In this document: piece by piece, positions 46,455 through 56,492 of the stretch
Layout: each line of letters begins with the position of its first letter
Numbering within the stretch: position 1 is the first letter of the stretch
IMG/VR virus record: IMGVR_UViG_3300036766_000988
Coordinates: 1 to 64,000 of that record
DNA length: 64,000 bases
Reading direction: 5' to 3' (one strand)
Program-made: the position numbers and the translations under genes
Notes under the pieces: model-generated
What the model was told of the DNA's origin: nothing
Database searches by the model: none
What the model saw: the letters and a program-made list of their open reading frames with translations, nothing else

Positions 46455-47960
46455 ATGCCCGAAGGACAACCGCTCGTCAGCGAGATCTGGGAAATGGTGG
46501 ACGGTACCGGACGATCTGTCCGAGGGATCGTTGCTGATATGACCCCGACCGTCGCCACCTTGGTCTCTTTCACGGGAAACCGCTTCCGCATCAGTCCTTC
46601 GAGGATGCTCACGACGTGGCGCTTTGCTCAAGCCCCTCCTCCGACCGCTCTGCGGTGCAATCGACGTGGATGCAACCAACCAGGGATGCTCCGTTTCCAG
46701 CGAGGACTATCCCCCGAGTGGGTCTGCCCCAGGCACCTGCCCGTGGGGGTTCAAGCTTCGCTCACGACCGAGAGCTTAGGCCTTCCTCAAACCCCTCAAG
46801 CTCAACAGGTCCAAGTCCCCCTATGCCCGAGATGTCACGTCGCGGGTCTGATGATTGAGGACGCGCGGGTATCGACCCTTCAAGTGCAGTTCTGGCAGTG
46901 CCCTCAGTGCAACGCACGTTGGGGATCGCTATCGATCCCTCCCACCTTGGTGGAAAACGTAGCCTCCTACGTTCGGGCAGCCATCGATGACTTCATGACC
47001 CAGACCCGTACGCACCAAGTGCGGATCGACCAGATCGAAACCCGCTCCTACATCCTCCCGCAGCTCTTCGGAGATACGCACCTTGCGGAAGCTGCGCCCT
47101 CAACGCCCCCTCAGCTACACCTCTACCGTGGATTGCATGTCGTACAGAACGACAACCTTGGAGAGGGGGTTGCGATGATCTTCCGCACCAGCGGCGCCCC
47201 CGTCGTACGGGACACCAGTCGGGATCATGTCATGGCCCTGCCCACCAACGAAGAGATGTTGATGGGGTCGCCTGCACGACGCACCGTCGCCGAAGCTGTT
47301 GCCGAAGCCCTTCGAGCGGATCGCGAAGAGAACCGAGCTGAACTCTTGGCTCGCCCTGTTTCCCAGAACGTGATCGACAGCTACCGATCCAGCGAGTCTG
47401 AGTACGTCGGCATTTTTCCGGTACGGCAAACCCTACCGGTTCTCCCAGCCGATCCTCAACCCTTCATACCTGTGCAGCAAATGGGGACAATAGAGGAAGA
47501 AGCTTGGATTCAGGAACAAGCCCCGACCCCTTTCGCGGCCGTGGGCCAACGATGGATCCAACGCAAAACCGGCGACCTCATCGAGATCACACGCGTTGGG
47601 CCCACGGACGACCGAAGCACCACCGTAGTACACTTCAAGCGGGTATCGGATGGAGTCGAGTCGTCAAACGCCATGTTGCTCGACGACTTCATGCGCGAAT
47701 GCCACCCCTACACAACAAGATCAAGTCAACCCCAGGACATCCCTGTTGTTGTGGTGCTCAAAGACGAAGAGTGGGAGCACGTGGATTCAGGAGAAGTCGT
47801 GCGGATTGATACGGTGGACTCCAAACGTGATCTCATCATCGTCATGCAGAAAGAGGGTAAACGTCGAAGCGTGCCCCTCTTCGAGTTTGCCAACGCTCGA
47901 TGGCGCAAGATCATCCGACGCACTGCTTACGACCGCCTCCTCGACTTGGAGGACGACTGA
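46455..47960 (+). CDS. Modular hypothetical protein (Zn ribbons, SH3-like modules, tag RTAYDRLLDLEDD)
   Basis: CPRC...CPQC; VGQRW and DEEW modules. Confidence 0.7.
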   Translation: MPEGQPLVSEIWEMVDGTGRSVRGIVADMTPTVATLVSFTGNRFRISPSRMLTTWRFAQAPPPTALRCNRRGCNQPGMLRFQRGLSPEWVCPRHLPVGVQASLTTESLGLPQTPQAQQVQVPLCPRCHVAGLMIEDARVSTLQVQFWQCPQCNARWGSLSIPPTLVENVASYVRAAIDDFMTQTRTHQVRIDQIETRSYILPQLFGDTHLAEAAPSTPPQLHLYRGLHVVQNDNLGEGVAMIFRTSGAPVVRDTSRDHVMALPTNEEMLMGSPARRTVAEAVAEALRADREENRAELLARPVSQNVIDSYRSSESEYVGIFPVRQTLPVLPADPQPFIPVQQMGTIEEEAWIQEQAPTPFAAVGQRWIQRKTGDLIEITRVGPTDDRSTTVVHFKRVSDGVESSNAMLLDDFMRECHPYTTRSSQPQDIPVVVVLKDEEWEHVDSGEVVRIDTVDSKRDLIIVMQKEGKRRSVPLFEFANARWRKIIRRTAYDRLLDLEDD

Positions 47961-49453
47961 TGCCCCCGCCTGGAATCCCTGATTGGGTCTTCCCCGGGGC
48001 TGTCGTACAACAGAACGGCCGCAGGCCCCGTTACGCCATCGGCACGATGGACCTACATAGCGATCTCCGACACTGTGAGATCTTCCTGCAACGAATCATC
48101 GAAGGAGATCCTCCGAGTCTCGCGAACGGAGAAGACTTCGAGACCATGTACCTCGGAGATCTGCTGGGCGGCTGGCATCACACGGGTGAGTATCTTTACC
48201 CTCGTATGTCCCAACCAATTAACGTCACAGGTCTGGGTGCGTTCCCAATTGGGTCTACTGTTGACATAACAAATTCCCGAGGAGAGCACGAATACTTCTC
48301 AGTCACGGGTCACGCAGAGAACACGAGCCAGATTATCCATCTCGACCAACAGATAGCCACTCAAGCCCCTCCGCTTGTAGGGGAGTGGTATCGTTGGGAA
48401 TCCGGAGACGTCCCGATCACTCTCTTTTTCGTCGAAGGAATTGCGAACGGCCAAGTTGAAGTATCCCTTGGGATGACCGACACGCTGGAACACATTCCCG
48501 TCGAGGACTTCATCCGAGCCTTAGCCAACGGACCTCGCGATGAGCCCCGTGGAGAGGCTTCCGCCCAACATCTCAACTACGAATGGGTGTTCTCCGAACC
48601 TTATCTAGATGACACGGACGAATCCGGCTTCCTTCCAGGGAGCGTTATGTTGGACACTGAGGGTCGAGAGTTCTTCCTTCTTGCCCGCAACCGCAACAAT
48701 ACATGGGTTTGCCGTGCTGCTCATGACATGAGCACATGCCCCGAGAACTACCTCGCTAGAGCGCATTTTCTCGCAAGTCAGTTCAGGGCGCAGTTCCACA
48801 TGGAAGCTGTCGAAGTGATGAGCGGAACCCCAGAAGGAATAGGGATGTCGTTCGCGGAGCGCGTTCTCCAACTGAACCAACCCATGGGCAGTGCATATCT
48901 CGCCGGGGAGCCGATCCATGAAGACGACCCCGATTACTTCAGACCCGTAAACGGAGATATCTCAGGCAATCCCGAACCCCCAATGCGTTTCCGTATCGGT
49001 GATCGATGGCATTTCGACGCCCCCAACGAAGGTATCTGGACGCTTGAAACGGTGGAGGATAGGTATCACGAGGGAGAGCACACGATCACCAATAGATTCC
49101 GAGGGGACGATGGGGCTGTCATGTCGGGCCCCCAGGACTGGGTCATCCGCAACGGTCGACGGATCACGCCACCGGATCCTAGGTTCACGGGCGATCCAGT
49201 CGAACCCAACCAAGTATGGGAGATCCCTACAAACACCACACGGCAGCCCACTTCTCGATGGAAAGTCACAAGTCTCGCTACCCGTTCCACTGGAGACGAA
49301 ATGGTGAACCTGACCCCCGAGAACGGAAAAGGAGCCCCCATCTGCTGGCCGGTGATCCGACTCCGGGCCCAAGGCCGATGTGTTTTTGACGGCCGCATCC
49401 GTCGAACATCCTTCGAGCGTCTCATCTCCGACGAGGGCGATGATGTCGGGTGA
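47960..49453 (+). CDS. Modular hypothetical protein (repeated G..W modules, tag RTSFERLISDE)
   Basis: TGATG-coupled start MPPPGIPDW. Confidence 0.7.
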   Translation: MPPPGIPDWVFPGAVVQQNGRRPRYAIGTMDLHSDLRHCEIFLQRIIEGDPPSLANGEDFETMYLGDLLGGWHHTGEYLYPRMSQPINVTGLGAFPIGSTVDITNSRGEHEYFSVTGHAENTSQIIHLDQQIATQAPPLVGEWYRWESGDVPITLFFVEGIANGQVEVSLGMTDTLEHIPVEDFIRALANGPRDEPRGEASAQHLNYEWVFSEPYLDDTDESGFLPGSVMLDTEGREFFLLARNRNNTWVCRAAHDMSTCPENYLARAHFLASQFRAQFHMEAVEVMSGTPEGIGMSFAERVLQLNQPMGSAYLAGEPIHEDDPDYFRPVNGDISGNPEPPMRFRIGDRWHFDAPNEGIWTLETVEDRYHEGEHTITNRFRGDDGAVMSGPQDWVIRNGRRITPPDPRFTGDPVEPNQVWEIPTNTTRQPTSRWKVTSLATRSTGDEMVNLTPENGKGAPICWPVIRLRAQGRCVFDGRIRRTSFERLISDEGDDVG

Positions 49454-49922
49454 ACCAGAGCGATACAGTCGCTACCCCGAGGTCGGGCTGTTCTACGCCA
49501 TGCGTGAGCCCCTGTGCCTCGCACAGATCACGGCGGTTAGCACCACGGGCCTTGGTAACGGACCGACCAGCGTCCTTCTCAATGCCTGGACGCCCACATC
49601 CGATAAAGAGGAGCTGTCCTTCATCGACCTACGGGCCGACATGGCAGACTACCTTTGGCACAGCGAGGAAATCGAACTCGGCTCAGGTCATTACGCCGGG
49701 TGGAAAATCGATGCTGTTGCGGGCGACGTGTACTTGGCCACCATGATCAACCGTCTCTGGTTCGCAGGACCCAAAACGACTTCCAAGATGCTTCACGTGA
49801 TCGCCAACTTTCATGTATCCGAAAGCGATCTCCTAATGGCAGTCCTCTACCAACAAGGTGCTGGACACCGCAGGCCTCGGTGTAAGACCGCCTTCGAGCA
49901 CATCTTGGAGGATGCCACGTGA
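49440..49922 (+). CDS. Hypothetical protein (tag KTAFEHILED)
   Basis: GAGGG SD; overlaps the upstream stop. Confidence 0.6.
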   Translation: MMSGEPERYSRYPEVGLFYAMREPLCLAQITAVSTTGLGNGPTSVLLNAWTPTSDKEELSFIDLRADMADYLWHSEEIELGSGHYAGWKIDAVAGDVYLATMINRLWFAGPKTTSKMLHVIANFHVSESDLLMAVLYQQGAGHRRPRCKTAFEHILEDAT

Positions 49923-50176
49923 GCGGAGTTCAACCAGGTCAGCTTTGGATATCCCCCGAACCCGAAACATATTATGTCTCGGCAATCGGCAATGACGGAA
50001 CAGTCTGCGTCGTTCCGGTGCGTATCTCAGGCACGGGACCACACGCGCAGATCATCCGCAAAGGCGACTCAAAAAGCGTCAAGACCTCGGAGATGCTTGA
50101 GCTGTGGATGCCTACCGCCAAGACCAGCGAACCCGGCCCGACGTGGCACGAGCGGATCATGGCCGACGAGGACTAG
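49919..50176 (+). CDS. Small SH3-like protein (tag PTWHERIMADED)
   Basis: VQPGQLWIS; GTGA overlap. Confidence 0.6.
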   Translation: MSGVQPGQLWISPEPETYYVSAIGNDGTVCVVPVRISGTGPHAQIIRKGDSKSVKTSEMLELWMPTAKTSEPGPTWHERIMADED

Positions 50177-50718
50177 CCGAAGTAGTTGAGCGCGATCCCG
50201 TTGAGAACAACGTGCATCGTGTTATCGCAAATGATCATCAGCCACACGGCCATGAACGCGGGCCGATCCTGGTAGTAGCCCGTTCCGACGCACTCTGACC
50301 ACGGGTAGTTGCGGATCATCGTGGGCGCACCCTCGATGGAGCACACCATCTTCGAGGAATCCTTGCATTGGGCGCACGTAGGAATGAACCTCTCGACTGT
50401 GCTCTTGACCTCGACCGGGGTCTTACAGGCCCCGCAGATCCAGGTCTTCATATAGAGCGGGATCCCCTTCGGCTGGAGGAAGTTCTTGGCCCAACAGATG
50501 TACCGAGCGAGCCGCCAGCGGTCGATGACGAAGTGGGTCCCGAGAATAATCGCAAGCGCTGCGGGGCTTCGGGTGAGCACCAGAAACGGCAGCGTATAGG
50601 TGATGACGTGTGCCAACGCAGGCCACGACGACTTCGTTTTCTGATTGGCCATCCAATCGGATTGAAGAATGTAGTCCCCGAAGGCGTGTAGGACCAACAT
50701 GTCGGCGGTGATGAACAT
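50173..50718 (-). CDS. DUF3307-like membrane protein with an inserted Zn ribbon
   Basis: HAFGDYILQSDWMA.QK, HFVIDRW, DNTMH; CGAC..CAQC insert. Confidence 0.8.
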   Translation of the reverse strand: MFITADMLVLHAFGDYILQSDWMANQKTKSSWPALAHVITYTLPFLVLTRSPAALAIILGTHFVIDRWRLARYICWAKNFLQPKGIPLYMKTWICGACKTPVEVKSTVERFIPTCAQCKDSSKMVCSIEGAPTMIRNYPWSECVGTGYYQDRPAFMAVWLMIICDNTMHVVLNGIALNYFG

Positions 50719-50745
50719 CAGGCTTTCTCCAGGGCACTCAAAGGG

Positions 50746-51012
50746 TTACTTCATCACACGCTTGGCCGCACGCCGCGTTCGTTTGCGCATGAACGGCTCG
50801 ATCTCGGACGGCCACATTTCCTGGCCCTTGATCATCTTGACGAAGAACGTGCCGCCCGCATTCGCACACTTGCTCGCCGTACCATCCTTGTGCTGCTTCT
50901 TGTGGAAGAACTCCGGTCTCGGACCGAACGGCTCACAGTCGTCCATCACCATGTGACAGCTCTTACAGACTGCGCGTGCATCTCGTCGTGTCTTCGCCAA
51001 AGTGATCGTCAT
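50746..51012 (-). CDS. Hypothetical Cys/His protein
   Basis: MTITLAK...CKSC; ATGA overlap. Confidence 0.5.
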   Translation of the reverse strand: MTITLAKTRRDARAVCKSCHMVMDDCEPFGPRPEFFHKKQHKDGTASKCANAGGTFFVKMIKGQEMWPSEIEPFMRKRTRRAAKRVMK

Positions 51013-51290
51013 GGGACTCGTTCCAAGTCGGTCGGCAGGTAACCGTACCGCAGGTTGCTTGGCTGCCACCGAACATTGACTTCGGGACCGACCTTCGCCG
51101 GATCGTAGTCCTGATGCCCCACCGGAACGTTGTTGTAGTCCATGGGACCCTCGATGATGCCCACACATCGGCGGAACTCACGAATGTGCCCTCGGCATGA
51201 CCACTCTCCCCACGGGAGCTGCGCCCAGAACATCCGCTTACGGAACGCCTTCGTCCAACGAACCCGGTCTCCCGGTTGTAAATCAGCCAT
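51009..51290 (-). CDS. Small SH3-like hypothetical protein
   Basis: LQPGDRVRW...VNVRW. Confidence 0.6.
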   Translation of the reverse strand: MADLQPGDRVRWTKAFRKRMFWAQLPWGEWSCRGHIREFRRCVGIIEGPMDYNNVPVGHQDYDPAKVGPEVNVRWQPSNLRYGYLPTDLERVP

Positions 51291-51303
51291 CGAACAACCT
51301 CAC

Positions 51304-51495
51304 CTATCGGGGTTCGGGGAAGCTAGCGTTATGTCGCGCACTGTTGCAATCGTTGCAGCCACAAGTACAGTTGGCTTTCCCACTGCAACGAGCATTTGCT
51401 TGGCAATGCGCGTACTGCCCGTTGACGTACGGTGCAGGATGTTCCCTGGTCTTGGGACGGTTGATCTTGCCCCTGGCCCCTTTGAGTTTCTTCAT
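51304..51495 (-). CDS. Small Cys-rich protein
   Basis: CTCGCNDC. Confidence 0.5.
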   Translation of the reverse strand: MKKLKGARGKINRPKTREHPAPYVNGQYAHCQANARCSGKANCTCGCNDCNSARHNASFPEPR

Positions 51496-51932
51496 GGCTG
51501 AGCCGAAAACACAGCCCCAACGCCGTTTGCGACCACCACGACAGCGAGGGCTTCCATCGAGGACAACACCTTGCCCGCCTCTGAATCGATGCTGTCGAGA
51601 GCTTCCTGGATGCCTTCGCGACCGGCAAGCCCACGAGCAATCGGCTTCATGCCCTGATCGCGGATGGCCTGCCAGTCGTGACCAGGCATGAGAACGTCGG
51701 CAAGCGCGCTCCCCGCGGGGTCGTCCACGTCCAACAGGACAATCACCGTATCGGAAGAAGACCTCCCGAGCGCGGCAACCCGACCGACGAAGTGTTGCAC
51801 CCGCTCGGCATTCGCTTCCAGCAGTAAACGGCAGTTGTGCCGCTCCACCGCCTGGACCACCGCGAATCCCACCGGGTCGACCAACACAGCCTGACCCTCT
51901 CTGTAGAGCACTTTAGCGGTTATCTCACTCAT
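51492..51932 (-). CDS. Hypothetical protein
   Basis: LADVLMPGHDWQAIRDQG.KPIARGLA. Confidence 0.65.
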   Translation of the reverse strand: MSEITAKVLYREGQAVLVDPVGFAVVQAVERHNCRLLLEANAERVQHFVGRVAALGRSSSDTVIVLLDVDDPAGSALADVLMPGHDWQAIRDQGMKPIARGLAGREGIQEALDSIDSEAGKVLSSMEALAVVVVANGVGAVFSAQP

Positions 51933-52432
51933 CTTGGCCTCGCCAGCAGAACAGAAAATCCGCCCCGCTGTTTCAGGTGTTCTCCCAGCTCGAACCAGGC
52001 CTCATGGGGCTTCGTGCGGCCCGAATCGCTCACAAGAAGTTGATACTGACCCGTCCTGCGAGAGTCGGGAGGGCCGTCCCATTTCAGACGCGTACCGCAG
52101 TAGAGGACCCAGTGGTCAGTCTCAAAAACCATGGGCTCGTGAACCGCTTTCACCTGCGCGATGGCGTAGTAGCCTGCGTCGAAGGCCATCGTGAGCCACT
52201 CGCGCCACTCCATCGACTGCGACCACGACGGGTCACCCCAAGCACGCTGGGCATCCCACGTGGGCCAAAATGGAGTGCGGGTGATGAAGCGATCGATGGA
52301 TCGAGTTTGGTAGAAAGCCTGCTTGAGGGCCTTCACCATCGAGGTGTAGTCGAAGGACTCGAACTTCTCCCCCTTGGGGTGGAGCTTGACGTACACCTCT
52401 TCCACCGACATGCCAAGAAGACCTGCTAGCAC
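51929..52432 (-). CDS. Hypothetical protein (possible papain-like remnant)
   Basis: HWVLYCG...LVSDS; start uncertain. Confidence 0.5.
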   Translation of the reverse strand: MLAGLLGMSVEEVYVKLHPKGEKFESFDYTSMVKALKQAFYQTRSIDRFITRTPFWPTWDAQRAWGDPSWSQSMEWREWLTMAFDAGYYAIAQVKAVHEPMVFETDHWVLYCGTRLKWDGPPDSRRTGQYQLLVSDSGRTKPHEAWFELGEHLKQRGGFSVLLARPR

Positions 52433-52730
52433 GCACCGCAGTCCCCTCCTGGGTGCAGCTCCGGCGTTGGCTGCTTCACGACCCGGCGCGGGAGAGCGAC
52501 AAGATTCTCTACGGTCGGATCGTCCACGGGGCCTCGATCATCCCTACACCGGGCTCAATCGAACCGGAACGTCGTCTTACCCCCCGCCTTGATATAGGCT
52601 GCGATCCACGCATCGATGAAGGTCCGCATCGGGAGCGAGATGTCTATCGTGTCGATGGCTTCATCGGCAGCATCCCGAGCGTGGGAAGAAGGGAAGTGCT
52701 CCCTGTACCAAGCTGCTGCATCCTGCTTTT

Positions 52731-52979
52731 TCAACGACCACGACTTTCAGGGGTTTGCAACATCCGCGTGCCGTTTGGAAAGATGTCGTAGTACATCCCT
52801 TCTTCGTAGCGCGTGTGACGAGTCCCGTTCTCCGTGCGCTTGGCCCATTCAAGCAAGGCAGCCGCCTTCGAAAGGGGGCCGGTCACGTCGATCCAACCAT
52901 CCGCCCAGTCGTACTCCCGAATGATGTAGAGCCCATCAGGAGACTCAGGGATCTCGGGAGCATTTCCGAGCACAGACAT
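52731..52979 (-). CDS. Hypothetical protein
   Basis: YDWADGWIDV...YYDIFP. Confidence 0.6.
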   Translation of the reverse strand: MSVLGNAPEIPESPDGLYIIREYDWADGWIDVTGPLSKAAALLEWAKRTENGTRHTRYEEGMYYDIFPNGTRMLQTPESRGR

Positions 52980-53447
52980 AGCCAGGGCTTTCTACGGTAC
53001 GACTTCGAGGAGATCTCGAATCGGGCCTGCGTCAAGTTGACCTTCAACAGGACGCACTACCGTCCAACCCGCCACTACACCAAGCGGCCTCCGAGCGCGA
53101 AAGCAGCGCCCCACTTGGTCTCGAAGTACCGCTCCTGCCTCTACCACCGCAGACACCCCGTCCTGCTCCAACCGAACCGAAGGGCCCAGACTTTCGGCCC
53201 ACGAAGGTAGTGACGTGCCATGATCTCGTACGGCATAGTTATCCGGTCTGATCAACCAGGAGGCGAAGTTTGACCAAGGCCGTGACCAGCGCGTTGTCCT
53301 GCTCGAATGTCTTGAACACAGTCAAGAGTTTCCCGCTTTGCATCCCCAGCGTAGCTGCTGCCACAAGAGATGCGATCTCTTGTGGGGTCAACTTCACATT
53401 GATCTCGGGCACAAGCTCTCCTCGTCCTTGCTGGCCCAGAACAGGGC

Positions 53448-54224
53448 TCAGATCTTAATGTCCTTCCGACGCTCCTCTTCGGCTTCGATACCCTTGAGAG
53501 CACGAGCCCAGTCGTCCACGTGCATGAGCCGCATCGACCCAAACATGGGATAGCCGTTGATCCCTCGCGGCAAGGCTGCGTTCCAGTACTCCCAGATGCA
53601 CCCGATTTGGCTGAGCGACTCCTTGTTGTACTGGGAGAGCCCTCCCAACGCGAGGGGCAGAAAGACCAACCCGACCACCTGCGCACCTCCGTTCGGGTTG
53701 ATGTGCTTGTCTGTGAAAATCGAGTTGCCGAGAAAATCGAAGACGAACTTCTTGAGATCCTCGTCAGCCATCCGAGGCAAGTCGAGCGCCGGAGCGAAGC
53801 CATCCCAGTCCCCAGGAAGCTCGTCGTCGATGCCGAGAAGCCCGAGGTGCTTGAAAAGGCCGTGGTTGTACTCCCGGAACGTGCAGTTGGGTTCGAGGAC
53901 CCTCTTGAAAGGAACCCATCCGACCCACGTGTTGGGCTCACACGCTGAGGGCTCGCCCTTGAAAGAGTCGATCCTGTAGACCCAAGCAACCTTGTTGTCC
54001 ACGGGGTCTACGCGCTCGTAGACCTTGACGGCCTCCTCGACTTCGACACCGCCCTCTTCCCGTGTTTCGCGTCTTACCGCGACAGCCGGATCCTCGCCAG
54101 GTTCGATCTTTCCCCCAGGAAGCCCAAGATCTTCGAGGTTGCCCTTACGAGAGATCGCCAGGACTTCCTTGCCGTTCTTCCCCTCACGAAGGAAGAGCGC
54201 AACAACGCTGCTCGGGGACTCCAT
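53448..54224 (-). CDS. Nudix hydrolase fused to an unknown C-terminal domain
   Basis: Nudix box GGKIEPGEDPAVAVRRETREEGG. Confidence 0.88.
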   Translation of the reverse strand: MESPSSVVALFLREGKNGKEVLAISRKGNLEDLGLPGGKIEPGEDPAVAVRRETREEGGVEVEEAVKVYERVDPVDNKVAWVYRIDSFKGEPSACEPNTWVGWVPFKRVLEPNCTFREYNHGLFKHLGLLGIDDELPGDWDGFAPALDLPRMADEDLKKFVFDFLGNSIFTDKHINPNGGAQVVGLVFLPLALGGLSQYNKESLSQIGCIWEYWNAALPRGINGYPMFGSMRLMHVDDWARALKGIEAEEERRKDIKI

Positions 54225-54241
54225 GTAAGATCACTACACCG

Positions 54242-54397
54242 CTAGAAGCGGTCGTAGTCTCTCGTCTTGCGTAGAGGTCTGTGTTTCCGGGGGTTGGGAG
54301 ACTCCCAACGAAGTACATCCGCCAGCACAACGAATAGGAGCGCCGCAAGAACAAGGGCGATCCACAAGACATCTTCGATCGAGACGCTGTCGGCCAT
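54242..54397 (-). CDS. Small membrane protein (51 aa)
   Basis: Manual translation MADSVSIEDVLWIALVLAALLFVVLADVLRW... Confidence 0.45.
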   Translation of the reverse strand: MADSVSIEDVLWIALVLAALLFVVLADVLRWESPNPRKHRPLRKTRDYDRF

Positions 54398-54467
54398 GGA
54401 AAGCGGAAGGGACGACCCTCAAGCGGTCCCTTACAGGCGGCCAAGAGCACGTCCCCTCCAGTCCCCT

Positions 54468-54710
54468 CTACACCGAAATGTCGTCGGACAAGAGACGTTC
54501 CCAGAACGTGGGCAGTTCTCGTTCCGTCGCATTCAGTTGCGCGACAAGCGGGTGTGAATGAGGCGCGTCTTGCCGCAGAACACTCCACCGCACCCCGCAG
54601 TCAGCACAAAAGATCGTGATGGGCTGCCACGGACGCTTACCTTCGTGACACCCGAGCGTATGCCCCTTCTTCCGAACGTGGTCCCGAGCTTTCTCGATAG
54701 ACGTCTTCAT
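54468..54710 (-). CDS. Small Zn-ribbon protein (tag PTFWERLLSDD)
   Basis: CADCG; ATGA overlap. Confidence 0.6.
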   Translation of the reverse strand: MKTSIEKARDHVRKKGHTLGCHEGKRPWQPITIFCADCGVRWSVLRQDAPHSHPLVAQLNATERELPTFWERLLSDDISV

Positions 54711-54991
54711 AGGAACCCCTCATCGAGGATCTTAGCCCAGGCAGAGCCGTCACGCGGAGGAATGTGTCGAAAGGCTTTTTCGAGCACAACACGAGCTTCT
54801 TCTGAGGTCAGGAGCACCCGCAGGGCCCCTGATTGGACAAGGGTGATCCTTGAAATACGCACCTGGAACGAACACGAACGGCAAAACAGCAAGACCCCGA
54901 GCCCGCGACGTACATCCGGAGTCACCAAGATATCTCGGTGGATGGTCGTTTCCACGTGCTTCCGCATGCGGGCAATAGCCGAATTGCTCAT
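54707..54991 (-). CDS. Small protein (tag SAWAKILDE)
   Basis: CRSC; ATGA overlap. Confidence 0.55.
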   Translation of the reverse strand: MSNSAIARMRKHVETTIHRDILVTPDVRRGLGVLLFCRSCSFQVRISRITLVQSGALRVLLTSEEARVVLEKAFRHIPPRDGSAWAKILDEGFL

Positions 54992-55269
54992 CTGCGTTGT
55001 TTGCGCTTGTGAGGACGGATCTTGACCCGCCCGTCTTGTTTGCTGATCCAGGCAACTGTCTTCGCGAACTCCGCATGCCCGAGAAGAGCCTCGACCGTGT
55101 AGTACGTCGCTTTCAATTCACGGTTCGTGAAGAACGCGTGAATCGACTTGTGGCAGTCTCGGCAAAGGGTCTTGGTAACCTTTCCCCCCAGACTCTTCGG
55201 CACGAGATGATGGTCAGTCGGGTGATAATTGGGCCGCAGACAGAGCGGGCACCTATCAGGTGTCGTCAT
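54988..55269 (-). CDS. HNH endonuclease
   Basis: CPLC...DHHLVPKSLGG...LCRDCHKSIH. Confidence 0.85.
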   Translation of the reverse strand: MTTPDRCPLCLRPNYHPTDHHLVPKSLGGKVTKTLCRDCHKSIHAFFTNRELKATYYTVEALLGHAEFAKTVAWISKQDGRVKIRPHKRKQRR

Positions 55270-55570
55270 CAAGGAAGTCATCTTGGAGCCTCATCCAAGC
55301 AGTCGGTCGCTCTGTCGTGATGCCGGGTATTTTGAGCATCGCCTTGAGAAGTTGCTGTGGACCATCCTGCATCTTGTAGAAAGGCGCCAGCTCAGGTTCA
55401 GCCATGATCTCACCGTGCGTGATGCTCCACTCCTTGGCGCACTTGCGACAGCGAAAGCACCAGGTCATCGGATAGGGGTGAATCCGTACCTGGGCATCGA
55501 ACTCCCGGTGCTGGGGCGTCCGCGTGATATGCTCGAAGATCTCCCCGATTGTTTGACGAGCTTTACTCAT
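55256..55570 (-). CDS. Small protein (tag PTAWMRLQDD)
   Basis: MSKARQ start; CRKC. Confidence 0.6.
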   Translation of the reverse strand: MSKARQTIGEIFEHITRTPQHREFDAQVRIHPYPMTWCFRCRKCAKEWSITHGEIMAEPELAPFYKMQDGPQQLLKAMLKIPGITTERPTAWMRLQDDFLDDDT

Positions 55571-56222
55571 CGTCTCCAAGGAGTTCCCCAACTTTCTCCC
55601 ACGCGATGGGACGATCCCGTCCTGCCGTGAGCTTCGCAGACTCAATCTCAGCTCCCCATCCGAACCTGTCCGTGAGGTCTGGGCGCCCCCCGGCAGCGAT
55701 CTCATCCTCTGAGAAGACCCAAGAACGCCGACATCTTGTAAGATCGGCGTAACACGAGATCGTCCACGCAGTGAGGAACGTGCGTCGGTCAAGGCCCTCA
55801 GCGAGCGAGCCCCCTTGCTCAATTGTGAAGCTCCGATGCTTGTCCAACGCGACGTGATCTCGAAGGTCTTTGAGTTTGCGGGTGAATCCATTCGCAAGAC
55901 CTGCAAACGCTTCGGGATTCACGCTCTCGATGTGAACCCGCACCTCGGGTTCAAGATCGAAGAGGAAGCTCACGAAGTTCGGCTCTTGAGGTCCCCCTAG
56001 GGTGCCTTCCAAGAGGACTTGGCCCATGGCCACCGTGGAGTCGTAGAACACGTTGACACCCCACGCCATCCCGGCCGGGCCATACCCGAGGGTCATACGG
56101 TCGAAAATATCGAGCCTTGGCGCGATTGGTGCAAATTCGGCCTCAGCGACCCGGATGCTGGTGACCCGACCATCCTCCCGCTGGATGAAGTCGAAGGCGG
56201 TCGAGAGCTGCTCAGGGGTCAC
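55563..56222 (-). CDS. Hypothetical protein with capsid-like segments (tag IAWEKVGELLGDDE)
   Basis: LSTAFDFIQREDGRVTSI...AWG; YADL...WGAEI. Confidence 0.6.
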   Translation of the reverse strand: MTPEQLSTAFDFIQREDGRVTSIRVAEAEFAPIAPRLDIFDRMTLGYGPAGMAWGVNVFYDSTVAMGQVLLEGTLGGPQEPNFVSFLFDLEPEVRVHIESVNPEAFAGLANGFTRKLKDLRDHVALDKHRSFTIEQGGSLAEGLDRRTFLTAWTISCYADLTRCRRSWVFSEDEIAAGGRPDLTDRFGWGAEIESAKLTAGRDRPIAWEKVGELLGDDE

Positions 56223-56249
56223 CTAGAAAGTCTACACCGGATCGTCGAA

Positions 56250-56492
56250 CTACCTACCACGACGAAGCTTCCCTACGCTCCCGCGCCCTCCCTCGGTCGT
56301 GTGCTGTACGTCGCGCCGCACGGTCGTCCCACACTCCTCGCAGGAGCCCCGGCCATGCTTGCAGAGCTTCGGAGGATCAGGCTCCACGTACTCGAACGAA
56401 GGCGCCCCCCTCCACCAGTCCTTGGTTTCCCGAGTAGGTGGCGCTTCAAAAGGATTCTTCGTAGACTCACGGGGCCAGGGCTTCGTGCTCAT
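56250..56492 (-). CDS. Small Cys-rich protein
   Basis: MSTKPW...CKHGRGSCEECG. Confidence 0.45.
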   Translation of the reverse strand: MSTKPWPRESTKNPFEAPPTRETKDWWRGAPSFEYVEPDPPKLCKHGRGSCEECGTTVRRDVQHTTEGGRGSVGKLRRGR

